This document shows positions 24,690-41,495 of a stretch of DNA of 64,000 nucleotides, piece by piece (the first letter of the stretch is position 1; every line of letters begins with the position of its first letter). The stretch lies in assembly GCF_009914755.1 (NCBI RefSeq), contig NC_060933.1. One strand, given 5' to 3'. Both the position numbers and the translations under genes were made by a program. The DNA is from the human T2T-CHM13v2.0 reference genome, Homo sapiens. A model generated the notes under the pieces. The model was not told the origin of the DNA, did no database searches, and saw only the letters and a program-made list of their open reading frames with translations.

Positions 24690-24890
24690 AGTGTGGCGTA
24701 GTGGAGTTCAGAGTCTATAGAATTTGATTGGGAAAGACTTTGGTTTAATCATACATCAACTACCTAGTAATTGTGGGAATGTATTTAGCCATTCTGAACC
24801 TTGCTTTTATTACTGGTAAAATGAATATAATATCTAGTCTAGGCTTACTTTGAAAACTAAATGTCAACCATTTAATAAGTACTTAACAAT
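24690..24890 (+). mobile_element. MIR
   Basis: gtgtggcgtagtgga...ctacctagtaattgtgg...attctgaacctt...gtaaaatgaatataata. Confidence 0.6.
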
Positions 24891-25034
24891 TGCTAATTCC
24901 TTCCATTTTCTCAAACTTCAGGTGAATTTATTTTTCCTTATACATAACCAAAGCAAATCTCTTTAGGTAAGTTGATAGATCTTTTTTCATGAGGTAGGCA
25001 AGTTCAAAAACCCTACTGTGTTTTTAAAGTTGGC

Positions 25035-25265
25035 CCTTGGTCAATGGGTGAATGGTTAAACAAATTGATATATACCCATACCATGGAATAATATTTAGCA
25101 ATAAGAAGTAGCAAACTACTGATACATAAAACTTGATGGATATCCAGGTGGATTATGCTGGATGAAAAAAGCCAGTCTCAAAAGGTTATATACTACATGA
25201 TTCTATTTATATAACTTTTTTGAAATGACAACATCAAAGCAATGGGCACTAGATTAGGGGTCACC
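25035..25265 (+). mobile_element. Old L1 (L1MC/MD-type) 3' fragment
   Basis: gggtgaatggttaaacaaatt...cataccatggaata...aaaaaagccagtctcaaaaggttatatact. Confidence 0.8.
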
Positions 25266-26754
25266 TCAAAATGGTGAATGGGGGGTATGCAATTCTGGCA
25301 CGAATGACCAGTTGATTGAAAAGTCCCAATTTCATGGGCAAAAATATACAGTGGATTTATGTTTTGTTTATTAAGGATTCTCAAAGTTCGTTTTCCACCA
25401 CTGGGTAGAATCTTGGAGAGTGAACCCTGGTTAAAAACTGTCTCTAGTTCACTCTCAGATCTTATCTCCTTCAGATATTGTCTCCTTCCCTTTGCCCAGC
25501 AAGGAATAGGTTTTGTTGTCCTCTGTTGCTCCTTATCTGACCCCAGCCCTTGAAGTTGGAGGGCGGGGGATACTCCGGTCTGCTTCTGAGATCATACCTT
25601 TTCTCTTCTCTTTTTTTGAGCCCAGTCTTCTGATTTACCTCAACTTCCATCTTGTTGAGTAAGAGAAATTATAGGCGCAAGGTGGCAGAATTACAGAAGA
25701 GCCTGGTGTTGATTAGGGGAGGAATAACAGGACACCAGCAACCTTAAAACCTGTCATTGTGCAACAGAATGGCAAATAGCCATCTATTTCCTGGTTCAAC
25801 TGAATCTTGAGCATCTAACTAAGCAGAAGAGAGTGGGGAACAAATAAAACCCCCTCCAATGGCCCAACATCTTTAGGACTGGTCAGCCTGCTCAACTCCC
25901 ACCAGCACAGCCTAGCTCAGGCCCCAGGGAAGATTTTCAATTCATCTGAGTAGTAAGTGGGATTTCTTCTAAGATTGTGGCAATAGTTGGAGGCTGTTTT
26001 AATTTTGATGTGATCTTGAGATCTTTATATTTTTCTACTTTTAAAAATTATTTTAGTGGCAAGATGAGATATTTAAGACTTGTGAAATAGATTCCGTTAT
26101 GAAATCAGAATACTTACACATTTATGTATGGATTTGGATAAACAGAACTTCTCAGGTAATTATATTTTAAACAAGTCTATCAGTTCTAGCTTGCATAGCT
26201 AATTTGAAGTATAATATTATTTTAATTCTTATTCCAGTGCCTTCACCCTAGATATAATAGAGCCATGATGCCAACATTCTATAATTGTACTTTGTCAAGC
26301 CTTCCTTTTTTGGAGAAGTTAAAGGTTGGCTAAACCATATTTCTTCTTTAAATTTCTCAGCATGACTTGCTGGCATGTTTAGTTGTAGTGACTAATAGCT
26401 CTATTTTGCAAATTAAAACGAAAGATGACAAGACATTTTGAAAAGACTAGGTGGAGGGGGAATATAAACAAAAGTGATTTAAAAAGTAGGAAAATGTTTA
26501 AAACTTTTAATATAGAGAAACATCCCATATTATCAAGCTGTCAGATTTCCCAGAAGTTCTGCTATCCAGAAGACATTTCTAACCTGGAAGTAAACAAAAG
26601 AGCCATCATCAAAATCTTTAGATCCATTACTTAAAATAATTGTTAAATTATGTGAAAGAACTGTTGCTTCAAAAGACAGGAATCTGAGAACAGTTTAGAA
26701 GAAATACCAAACTTTGCTTAAAAATTTTGGCTCTTGAGATGCTACTGATTCAGG

Positions 26755-26960
26755 AGCAGGGAAAGGGAGTAGGGGCTTTGGCATCAGACTGATATGGTTT
26801 GGAATCCTGAATTTTGCCTCTTCCTAGTTGTCTAATTTTGGATAAGCTACTTATGTTTTCTAGGCCATAGTGTGTCATGTGCATATTGGGTATTAAAACA
26901 CTCATCTAGTATGGGCTGCTTTGGTGATTAAATGAGAACGTGTATGTAAAAATTATCATT
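26755..26960 (+). mobile_element. MIR
   Basis: gggctttggcatcagac...gaatcctg...cttcctagttgt...gattaaatgagaacgtgtatgtaaa. Confidence 0.7.
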
Positions 26961-27530
26961 AACTGATTGGCTACGTAGGAATAATCATGAACAATTAATT
27001 TATACCAATGCCCAATTCCTTAATAATATGGAATAAATGAGGCTTACCCAACAACTTCCTGATTTGCTGAATGTGTTTAAAAATAGTGCTCTTCACAGCA
27101 TTGGCCAGGATGTCAACATCCACCCTTGAAAGAAACTTCAGTAAAATTTCAAAATGCCTTACCAATGAGTTAGGGAAAGAGCTTATTAATTACTCTCTAT
27201 ATTATGTTCAAATGAATATTCAGCCCTAGGGACATGAATACATCCTCAGTAGTGTGTGTGATCAATTGTACAGTGGGCCACAACAGTTTTAGGACCACTT
27301 CCCTGTTTATAAGCTTGAGCAAGTGTGTACAAATGAAACAAGAGCAAATATTATAAGCTCTTGTCATTTGTACAAAATCTTGGTGGTGTGCTATCCTTCC
27401 ATTTCCTTTTGGTCAGAGTAGCTACTATCTTTTCTGCCTGCTATGCTGGAAGGTAATTACTGGAGTCCAAGCTCCAAAAACTAGTTCTATCAAGTTTATA
27501 TTTTAGCATTATGTGTGACATTTAGAGTAA

Positions 27531-27830
<300 letters not shown>

Positions 27831-27945
27831 TAGAGTATTTTTTAAATGTCTCACTATTCCCAAAACTATGACCACAAAAGAAGCTGTACTTTCAGTCATG
27901 GGGAGAATAGGGTAATAAAAATTAGTGACATAAGAACAAATGTGT

Positions 27946-28268
<323 letters not shown>

Positions 28269-28431
28269 ACAGTGTGTGACAGGAGCAACCTGACGGAAGG
28301 GCATGAAGCACGTGTGAGATGGAGGAGCAGGTTGTGCCAAGGCTAGTGTAGATCTGATTTATTTTCCAACACTTTCATTAACCATCTTGGCGAAGTCACG
28401 GGATCTCTGAGAACCTCTGACTTCTCTGACA

Positions 28432-29045
28432 TACAATGTTGAGAGTGTGGGCTCTGAAGTCACAGAAACTGGGTTGAAATCTTGACTCTTTTACTTGTTA
28501 TGTGGAGAAGGTATTTACTTGTTGTGTGGAGAAGGTTGTGAGCCTCAGCTGCCTCAAATATAAAATGGGGAAAACAATAGATTTGCTGCATTTGATTTTG
28601 TGGGGATTAAAAATAGGAATGCATTTAAATACAGGCATACGTTGGAGATACTGTGAGTTCAGTTCCAGACCACTGCAATAAAGAATCACAATAAAGTGAG
28701 TCACATGAGTTTTTTGGTTTTCCAGTGCATATAAAAGTTACATTTACACTATAGTATAGTCTGTTAAGTGTACAATAGCAGTATGTCTTTAAAAAGTACA
28801 TACCTTAATTAAAGAATACTTTATTGCTAAAAAATGTGACACAGAGATGTGAAGTGAGCACATGCTGTTGGAAAAATGGCACAGATACATTTACTTGATG
28901 CAGGGTTGCCACAACCCTTCAATTTGTAAAAAATGCAATATCTGTAAAGCTCAATAAAGCAAAGCACAATAAAATAAGGTTTGCCTACATGAATAAAGTG
29001 CTGCACATGTAAAATTATGTACATTAAATGTGAGTTACTGTTATA
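28432..29045 (+). mobile_element. MIR split by a Tigger1 derivative
   Basis: gggctctgaagtcacagaaactgggttgaaatc...gagcctcagctgcctc...taaaatgggg; resumes after 28987. Confidence 0.7.
28632..28987 (-). mobile_element. Internally deleted Tigger1 (TcMar) retaining both ends
   Basis: Left end caggcatac(g)ttggagatactgtgagttcagttccagaccactgcaataaag is the Tigger1 3' end reversed; right end ...caataaagcaaagcacaataaaataaggtttgcct is the 5' end reversed; TA at left flank. Confidence 0.88.
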
Positions 29046-29147
29046 AGTGTCTGGTTGAATTAGAGAAAAGAAAAGCCCCTGGACAGACCAGCACTACAGA
29101 GAAAATTGTTTCTGTACCACCAGTTCCTTTTCTCCTCTCATCACCCC

Positions 29148-29730
29148 TGGTGGGCAGAATAATGCCCCCTGCCTGCAAAATGTCCATGTCTTAATGCTTG
29201 GAACCTGTGAATAGATTGAGTCTCAAGGACTTTGCAGTTGTAATTAAGGACTTTGAGAGAAGGGACTATCTTGGATTATCCCCATGGACTCATTCTAACA
29301 TGAACCTTGAAAAGCGGAGAACTTTCTCTGGCTGGAAACAGGAGATTCAGCAGAAGTTGAAGTCAGAGTTTTCAAGCATGAGAAGGATTCAACCAGCTGC
29401 TGTTGGCTTTGAGATACAGGGATCAGGGTGCAAGAACTGTAGAGAGCTCTCTAGGAGCTAAGGATGACTCCAGCTGATAGGACCCTAATCCTAGAATCAC
29501 AAGAAACAGGAAACTTCCAACAATCTGAATGAGCTGGAAAGCAAATTCTTTCCAGAGCCTCCTGATAAGGCCAACCTCTAGATTTTCACATCTGAAGATG
29601 TGAAACCTAGGTCAGAGAGACCAGTTGAGCCAACCTCAACTTCTGACCTACAGAACTGTGAGATAATGAATTTGTGTTTTTAGTCACTCTGTGGATTAAT
29701 TTGCTATGATAGTGATAGAAAAATAACACA
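29148..29730 (+). mobile_element. MaLR solo LTR MLT1E-like
   Basis: tggtgggcagaataatgccccc...ggaacctgtgaat...ttctgacctacagaactgtgagataat...atagaaaaataacaca. Confidence 0.82.
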
Positions 29731-29937
29731 CTGCCTGACCCCTTTAGCATTTCTTTCCAGTCTTTATGAAAGTTAGTTGTAGTTTCGAGGATGCTTCACA
29801 GAGATAACATCACCCAGGGTGGAAAGGCTTGTGGGTATAGATACTTAGGTAATATAGCTAGAAGAAGTTTAGCAGAAGGATGTAGGCAAAATTAGATGAG
29901 CAGAATAGTATAGGATGAAGGGTTTTGGGAAAAAAAA

Positions 29938-29940
<3 letters not shown>

Positions 29941-29976
<36 letters not shown>
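29941..29976. repeat. (CA)18 microsatellite
   Basis: Perfect dinucleotide run. Confidence 0.97.
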
Positions 29977-29978
<2 letters not shown>

Positions 29979-31059
29979 ACATATTGTGAGATTTGGGGAA
30001 TTTAACAACTGAAAGCAACATTCATGGCTATTTACTTTTTTTTTTTACTTTACTCTTTATCCTCTTGTTTTAAGATGAAGAAACAAAAAGTCAAAAGTGG
30101 TTAATGGACTTGCCCAAGGTCAGATATTCAACAAACTGCTTTTCTTAGGTTACGAATAGACTATCAAATTCTTGTGGTGTCTTCTTTTTACTCTAAATGC
30201 TACTCACTAGTGGACCCCAGTCTTACAGTGGGTGTAGAATGGTAAAGTGTTGAGGGAGTAGAGTATAAATGTAGATAATGTTTTCTTATTCAACCAAGAA
30301 TCTTGATGACCAGCTTTAGAAACAATGTTTTAGGTGTGAAAATGCATAAGGCTTCATTCACTCTCTGGATAGGACTTCTGTATATGGAATCCTAGCCTGG
30401 TTATATTTATCAAGCATTCTGCTTTATGTATAACCTAACATGGCCATAGGCAGAAAGAAGTCACTGAAACATCAGATGAAGGATTGGGTTAAGTGACTGC
30501 CAAGATCATTTCCTGTCTCAGTATTGTTCAGAGCACTCAAGGTAGTGATTTATGTCTACTTAGAAGGATGCCATCCAGACCTTGACCAGTGTTTGAAAAC
30601 AATTTTCTAGCCAGCAATGCAAAGAGATAATTTCACAAGTCAGCCATGTTTATGGTATATCGTCCATGAAATCACTGAGCAGACATGTCACTGCATCATA
30701 GAACCTTCACCCAGGTTCATATAGGCAAGGTGCTATTGCCTTAAGTGGTGTTTATGAGATGTATAGCAGCAATGGACAACAAAGGAGCCATTTTTCTCTT
30801 TGCATTGCTGAAAATTTGGCTTTCCTTTTGGATGCTGTTAAAATCCCACTAGACGCATATATAACATGACAATAAGTCGGAATTTTCTTTTTCTATTGCT
30901 CCAGAATTGGTGATAAGATCTCAGAGTTGAAGAAGGTCCAAGTGTTCCTTATTTAAATGAAGCGACAAAAAACCGAGGCTAGATACCTCTCTAGGGCTTA
31001 ATAAGCAGAGACACAACCTGCCCTTCTCATTCAACCATTCCCCCACCCCAAGACTGGTG

Positions 31060-31445
31060 TGTATTAGTTTGCTAGAACTGCTGTAACAAAGTACCACAGA
31101 CTGTGTGGCTTATACAATAGAAGTTATTTTCTCATGGTTCTAAAGGTCGCAAGTTTGAGTTTGAGGTATCAGCAGTTTGGGTTTCCTCTGAGGTTTTTCT
31201 CCTTGAATTGTAGGTTGCCACCTCCCTTTGACTTAGCTTGAACACATGAACTTCCCTCTGTATTTGTCTGTATTCTAATCTCCTCTTATTATAAGGACAC
31301 AAGTCTTACTGGGTTAAGATCCACTCTACGATGTCTACTTTAATGATGTGATTTTAACTTACCTGTTTAAAGACCCTTTCTCTGCATGCAATCACATTCA
31401 AACTTTAATATATAAATTTTTTAAGGATACCATTTGGCCCATAAT
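31060..31445 (-). mobile_element. MaLR solo LTR MLT1A0-like
   Basis: tgtattagtttgctagaactgctgtaacaaagtaccacagactg...ctaatctcctcttattataaggacac. Confidence 0.82.
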
Positions 31446-31507
31446 TACTGGGAAAGGGAGATAACTACTGAGATTGGCAGTCTTCTAAGAAGTATTATAT
31501 TCAAGCT

Positions 31508-34198
<2,691 letters not shown>

Positions 34199-34674
34199 TT
34201 AGAGAGGCAGGAGGAGAAGACATCTCATTCCTTCCCTGAATCCTTGCTGAGCTGTGTAATGTATGGAGCAGTGCATGGAAAAGAGTTCTTGGGAGACTTT
34301 GAAATGTATACCCTGGAGTTTTGGGGATGCCTACAGACATAGAGATGGCACTTTCTTGCCTAGAATTTCTGAAGGCTAAATTTTTACTGAAATATTGTAC
34401 AGTAGCAGTGCAGAAGGAATGCTGATGTCATATCTTTAATGAAAAAGATGAGGATCACCCTCATTCCAATTTTCTACTGTTCCTGGATAGTTCAAAAGAG
34501 AACCACAACTGTTAGTGTGGCTGCACGTAAAAAAGACTACAGTAGGTAAAGGATGGGTCAGATATCCCACCCAGGTGACATCTAGACTAAGCAAGGGGAT
34601 ACCTCACCCAGTGAAAGGTTTGAAGGTGAACTCTGATGAGGCTGCTCAAGAATGATGTACACAGTCTCTATGTT

Positions 34675-34866
34675 AGTAGTTCTCAAGCAGGGTGAATTTG
34701 GCCTCCAGAAGACAACTTGCAATTTCAGTTGTTATAACTGGGAGAATGATGTTACTGCCCCAATGCTGGGGATGCTGCTAAACCTGCTACCACGCAGAGG
34801 GCAGCCACTACCATAAAGCATTACCCAGGTCAAAATATCAGTAGTTATGCTGTTGAGAACTCCATG
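34675..34866 (+). mobile_element. MER20 (hAT-Charlie)
   Basis: agtagttctcaa...ggggatgctgctaaac...caaaatatcagtag...gttgagaactcc. Confidence 0.75.
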
Positions 34867-34901
34867 TGGAAGCCATCATATTGGCATAGTCACCCTGCTA
34901 C

Positions 34902-35202
<301 letters not shown>

Positions 35203-36049
35203 GCCCTGCTACTTTTGTTGTGTGCACGAACATTAATATTTCTGAAAGGGAATGTTTGGTAACTGCATGCACAGGAGGGAAGTACGTCAAACTTATTGTC
35301 AGGTTGATCAACGTATGTATTACATGCCTTTCCTGGGTAAAAGATTAGGGGTACGGAATTATTAAATCATAGTTCTTAGCTTCAGGATCTTATACTCGGG
35401 GGAAAACAGACATATTGGACAAGTGAATGTGCCTGCCAGTTTGTGCAATAGTGATATAATGGAGGCATGAACATGTTGTAAATAAATGGATGGTAAATAG
35501 CTTGAAAAAATTGTGACATGTTCTGTATGATCCCATTTTATAGAGAATATATATTCATAATCCCACTTAATATTTAAAATATTTAAAAATATATACAAAA
35601 TTTAGAAGCAAGTGTATGGATATTTTATAATTGGCTAATTATAGGATTCTGGCCACATTTTAAAATTTGATTTGCAATAGTAAAACCTTTTTTGTGTGTT
35701 TAAGATATGTGATCATTGCAAAAAAGGAATTAGGTACTATGTAAGGAGGTTGTAAAGAAGAAAACGAAAATCACCAGTAATTAACTTTCTAAATGTAAGA
35801 ACCATGAATGATTTTGTATCTGTCCTTTGAGGTTTTTCCCCAAGCATATGTGTGCCCTTAGAAACCAATAGTTCTGATCGTGCTATGCGTTGTTCACTTA
35901 AGGACTCCTGTTTCTTTTGTCTGTGTTAATATATTTTACTTATATCATCTTAAAGGAAATACATAATGTATATTAATTTACTTTTCCCAAGTGAAGAGGA
36001 GTTTGAAATGGAAAGCATATTTTTTCTGCTTATTCTTCTTCAACCTCAG

Positions 36050-37150
36050 TTTCACTCCCCAAAGGCAACCACTTTTATACTCTGCTATTTTTAGTTCCCT
36101 TTGTGGTTACTTTTATACATCTCATGATTATGCTTCTATTCTTACTCTTCCTCCTATTTCCTCTCTTGCCCTGCTACTACCTAATTTCTGGTGACTCTTC
36201 TTTAATTTTACATAGTCACAGTGAAACAGTTCTCTCCCTTTCTGAAACTGTAATTGTTATGTGCTTTGTCTTTAGCTTTTACTGAAGTGAAGACTAAAGA
36301 CCAATAAATACCATTTGTTTCTGTGGCCATGTACATACCGTTTACCACAAATTCAATTAAAGGCATTGCATTCATTTTCTTCTTTTTACATCCAGTGTTA
36401 CAATGTTTTTACAATTGGAGGAAGAAAATTCCTAATGTCCAACTCAAATGGGTTCACTTTTGTTACATTTTTAAAATATTTTAGAATGACTCATTCAAAA
36501 GTAGCTACTCCTGTTTCTTTCTTTCCTCTTTTTTTTTTTTTTTTTTTTGGAGGCTCCAAAAAATACCATGATGGAGGAAGAGTTCCTGTTTGTTTGTTTT
36601 TTTAATTGACTTCATCAATCAATTTATTGTCTTATGTAATTTATTTTATTGCCATTGTTGTCAAGTTAAAAATGAATTTTTACCATATTCTTAAAATTAC
36701 TCAGGCTCATCTATTGCACTAAGTATACTTCTTTCCAAAGAAAACCTTTCAGGATCACTTCAGCTTTCTGCTGTAACCGGGGCTGGTCACTGCCTTGATT
36801 CACTTACTGTTCAAAGAATTGTTAGGAACAATATCAGTGCATCTTGCCCTCCTGGGTTAGCTTTTTTTTTGGTATCCCATGTCTTCCATTTTTTGGTTTC
36901 AACTTCATTTTCTTATCTGGAATACATACTCAAAATTCTCCTCACAAATGGCACTTGGGTTACCAATGTTCTGAAGCTGTGCATATCTAAACATATGTAT
37001 ATTTTATCCTCAGGCTTGATTGATATTTTGTATGGCTGTAGAATTTTAGGTTAAGAATCTTGTAGAACTTTGAATACATCTTTATCTTGTAATGTTCAGA
37101 GTTGCTGATGAGAAGTCTGATGTCAATCTGATCCTGTATATATTTATTTG
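36050..37150 (-). mobile_element. HAL1 / old L1M fragment
   Basis: ggcttgattgatatttt...tagaattttaggtt...gttgctgatgagaagtctgatgtcaatctgatcc; left boundary uncertain. Confidence 0.6.
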
Positions 37151-37959
37151 TTTCATAGATGGCCCTTGCCTTGGTTTACAGTTCTAGAAGCTGCTTGAAA
37201 GCAAGAGCTATTGCCAGGCCAGAGATAATGTCTGAATCAGGCACATAGAAGTGAAATGAGGAATTGTGAGAGACAAATTGGAGGTAGGATCTATGTGATT
37301 CTGTGTGTCTGCTTTTTTAACTTGGCTTCCATTCTTAATATTCTGCCAAACCTTAGCTGAAGCTTTTAATTCTTAATGCACATGAGGTCAGTGAGAATTA
37401 CTGAGTGCCCACCATTTACTGAAGCATGGCAGAGCTGAACTGAAGGGTGTAACCCATCCAGATCTTTCAGAGGTAAAATATAATTGGCCTGAGCCTTTGA
37501 CCTGTACTGACAGTTTATATTTTGAATTCTGTTGTGTTTATTTTCATCACTAAAAAGTCAGAGGATAGTCACAAGTTTTAGATAAACTAGGTATTGTTAT
37601 TTTAAAGGAAAAGGGATGTCAGTTTTTGTCTGTAAGTAACATGACAAATATTTTATTGTGAATTGTACATGGTGATTTAGAAACCTAATGACAGGCCAAA
37701 CTGAGATCATGAGTTATATAACAATGGGCTGGCTGTATTTTGGAGTTCATTTATGCTTATCCAGACTAATCTTAAGAAGTTTTAGTCTATACCAGGTTTA
37801 GATCAAGGATTATTCAAATACAACTATTCCCCGGGGCCTAGAGATAGTGCTTTTGAAGGTGGTAGACAGGTATCATTTGACATAAATGAAGCACAATGGA
37901 GGGCAAGAGTGGTTTTAGTTGTTTGGAAGAAGACATGGAGTGATAATTTCTTAGACATT

Positions 37960-38700
37960 ATAATTTTTAAGCACAGGCTTGCAAGATAAATAAATCAGTC
38001 CACTGAGGAGGAGGATAAAAGCTCTGTTTTGTGCAACTAAAAAAATAATAGCCCATATCCGGGAGGACATTTTGAGCATGTCTGCTGCTGACACCATGAC
38101 TCTGTGATGCTCTGAAATATTTATTGAAAGAGATTGGAATCATCAATAATTATTACTTGATGGAGGTTTGTGGAAATACGCTTTTTCAGCTCTGAGAACC
38201 ATGTGGTTCTATTAAGCTAGTTATCACAAATAATTAAGGTCAAAAGCACCATCGACACTTACTTTGCTACAGTGCATTAAAAATAATCTTTGAAAGCTGC
38301 TGAGTCTGATACACCACTTTGAATCCTGCTAGTGCATTAGCGGGGTAGACTTATATGACAGCGGCTCTACTGTGCAAATGATCTTTGTGCATAGAATTAG
38401 GTGATAGAAATAGGCAGAATAATTTCAGCCACCATAGTCTAGAACTACAGATCTACGTATAGAAGGCTGTAGGAACAAGGAAACTAAGATAAATTTGTCA
38501 TGTGCAAGAGAGATTTTTGTCTGAAATGTGCCTTTCTGTTTTCTCTATGGTTCAGTAGGGTCTGTGGTCGGGGAGGAAGATAAACAAGGAGCAGGGTACA
38601 GGGAGAGGGTGTGGCAATGATTTCCGCTTCCATTGACAAAGAACAAGGCATCCCTGATTGCTTTTTATCAGTCAAGCCACTTACACTTGACAAACCACCA
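37960..38700. promoter_or_regulatory. Candidate conserved non-coding block
   Basis: Repeat-free; TAATTA, AGGTCA, TGACAG and GATAA motifs plus two short inverted repeats; conservation unverified. Confidence 0.25.
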
Positions 38701-38834
38701 CATTTTCTGATTTTTATTTATTAATTTTATATGTTAATTATTCTCTACCCAATTTGTCTTTTTCTCTCTTCTTCCATTTCTATCTCCTCTTTTCTGTATC
38801 TCCTTCCTCTTTCTTTCTCCTGGTTCTTTCATAA

Positions 38835-38965
38835 CTATTCGTTCATTATTCATTCATTTACCAAGTGCCTATGGAGGATATTCTATGTGCAAGGCATTAT
38901 GTGACATGGTGGATACAGGAATGGATAACGTATGGTTCTAATCCTAAAGGAATTTACAGCTGACT
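38835..38965 (-). mobile_element. L2 3' end
   Basis: ttcattcattta...ctatgtgcaaggcatt...ggatacag...cctaaaggaatttacag. Confidence 0.65.
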
Positions 38966-39170
38966 GTGTGAGGTTTAGAGGAATATGTTTAGAAATTACC
39001 TGAGTCTTTTTCAGTCATTTAGATATTTTAGATCTAAATGATTGTCTGGATCCCCCTCAATATACACAGATAAAAAGTAAAGAAGGGGTTACCTTTTCGG
39101 GCCTGGCATTTGTAGTACAGACTCTGGTCCCACCAGAGTCTCCTTACCTTCTTCTCCCACCTTCATGGCC

Positions 39171-39517
39171 TGATATGGTTTGGCTGTGTCTCCACCCAAA
39201 TCTCATCTTGAATTCCCACATGTTGTGGGAGGGACCTGGTGAGAGGTAATTGAATCATGGGGGCAAGTCTTTCCTGTGCTGTTCTCATCATAGTAGTCTC
39301 AAGAGATCTGATCGTTACTATAAGAGGTAGTTTTCCTGCACAAGCTCTCTCCTTGCCTGCTGCCACCCATGTAAGACGTGACTTGCTCCTCCTTGCCTTC
39401 CGCCGTGATTGTGAGGCTTCCCTAGCTACATGGAACTGCAAGTCCAATTAAACCTTTTTTGTAAATTGCCCAGTTTCCGGTATGTCTGTATCAGTAGAGT
39501 TAAGATGGACTAATACA
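39171..39517 (+). mobile_element. THE1B-type solo LTR
   Basis: tgatatggtttggctgtgtc...cctgcacaagctctct...gactaataca; perfect 5-bp TSD tggcc (39166-39170 / 39518-39522). Confidence 0.93.
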
Positions 39518-41289
39518 TGGCCCCTCTAGGCTTCCTCTGTTTGAAAACTACTGGTTTGAAGCTGCTAAGAAAAATGATCAATATTTTGTCAGTCTCCTCC
39601 TGTGTTCACTGGATGTATTATTATTATTTAAAGGGGGCAGCTAGGCTCAATGCACAAACTGGTGGGAAAGAATAAATGGCCAGAGAATTTCAATTCTGAT
39701 TTTTGCAACTTTTCTACACCATTCTTTGAGAAAGTACGGGATGGATAATCCGTCTCAGTGCTTTTGGGATCTCTCCTGTTGAAAAAAGACATCCATTTCT
39801 GACACTTAAAAAAAGTATCTTTTCATGGAAAGAGACTTTTTGTTTCCTATTCCTGGATCCTTCTAGGCCTTCTTGGTTGCAAAGCTTCATCAGAGCTGCT
39901 GAGTGAGTCCCCAATGCACTGGGTTAGTGGGCTCAGAGCAGGCCTCTCTGGCATGCAGCAAAGTGACTGATGATGGCTCCGTTTATCATGGCAGCTCTCT
40001 CCAGAGCACAAGCGGAAAGGCACCTCATGTTCACTTCAGAACCACAGAAACTTCATGCAGATCTACTCTGACATGACTTCGACAACCAAATAATTTTCAA
40101 AATGTTTTACGACCCCAGGCACCTCTAAAATAGCTTCACTTGTCACTTCTGTAGCCTCAAATCAGAATTAGACTAATATCGAGGGGGATGGCAACAGCAC
40201 ATCAGCCTGTCAAGCAGGAAGATGTGAACTTATGGGGAATACAGCATAGAAACTGTAGAGGAAAGTGCATTTAGCTGTGCGACCCACCCTGTTAGGTTAT
40301 CTGGACTTAGAATTGGAAGAGACTTCAGAAGAGATAAGAATTGTATAATCCTGATTTTGCATAAAACTCCATAGTTTGTAATATATTCCCATGTATGTTT
40401 TCTCTTTTTAGCCTCATAACAAGCTTACAAATAGGAGATTCTTTTCTCCACTATAAGGAAGCAGCCTCCAACAGGTTCCAAACCTGTCCCTAGACCCAAC
40501 TGGAACCAGTTTTGCTCAAGGAGGTGGTTTTCACTCACCATGGCATCTTAAGCAGCTAATGCATTGTGTGGTATATGGTTGGCAATTAAATAATTGCTAA
40601 ATAACTTACATAGTGGCTGAGCTGGAATTTAAATCTAGGCTACTGCTATCTTGAGGTGAAGTGTTGATTGCTTTCCTGAGGGGGAAAAAGATAATTTTGA
40701 AACACAGCATTGCTGTGGACATCAGTGTTAATACTTTGTAGCAGAGCAGTAGGGAGCCTAAGTTGCTAACCTGGGCTGGGATGCTGAGAATCAGAGCTGA
40801 GTGTGTGATGGGGGTAGGGCAGCCCTGTTGATGAGAATCAGGGAAGGAATGGGGCTTGTGTATCAAAGAGACAACCAGGGAGAAAAATCCGTGTCTGTAG
40901 CTTGGGAAGCCCAACTAGGGCCCGCCAATCTATGAGGCTGGTGTTTAGGCCGCTTCTCCCCCTTTTAAATGTGAGGAACCTGAAGCACAGAGAAGCCCTT
41001 TGGCTAAAGTCACCTTGAATTGAGGACCGTTTACTCTCAAGCCCAGGTTCTTATTCAGTATGCCATTCTGTCCCTGTTGGAAATTTTATTCACCTTAGTT
41101 ACATGGAGATTAGCTAAGTGAAATCCAATTCGTCCAATATCCGGTAGAGGAGACAGATTTGTGAGTAACACTAGGCCATGTGATTGATGCCATGCCAGGA
41201 GAGAGAGTTGCTCACATCAGGGACGCAGGACTGGAGAGAGATGAGAGGGAAAGCAGGGACCCTGGCAGGAGGGGAGCCTGGCATGAGCC

Positions 41290-41495
41290 ATGGCAGTGAG
41301 AGGAGACCAGAATCCTTGGTATGATTTGGACACACTGTCTCAGGAGACCACAAAGTGGACAAGGGCCAGATCAGTAAGGGTCTTGTGTCTCTTGCTGAGG
41401 TTTGGACTTGACCATGAAGCATAAGAAAAGCCACTACAGAATTCTCTGCAGGGATTGGATTTGAATAAATATGCATTTCAGAAAGGTCATTCTTC
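41290..41495 (-). mobile_element. L2 fragment
   Basis: agggccagatca...gggtcttg...gtttggactt...gccact...gcatttcagaaaggtcattct. Confidence 0.7.

Noticed and set aside
39120-39140. Hairpin gactctggt-ccc-accagagtc
   Set aside because: A 9-bp stem is too short for a miRNA precursor and plausible by chance; it probably lies within an old DNA-transposon remnant.
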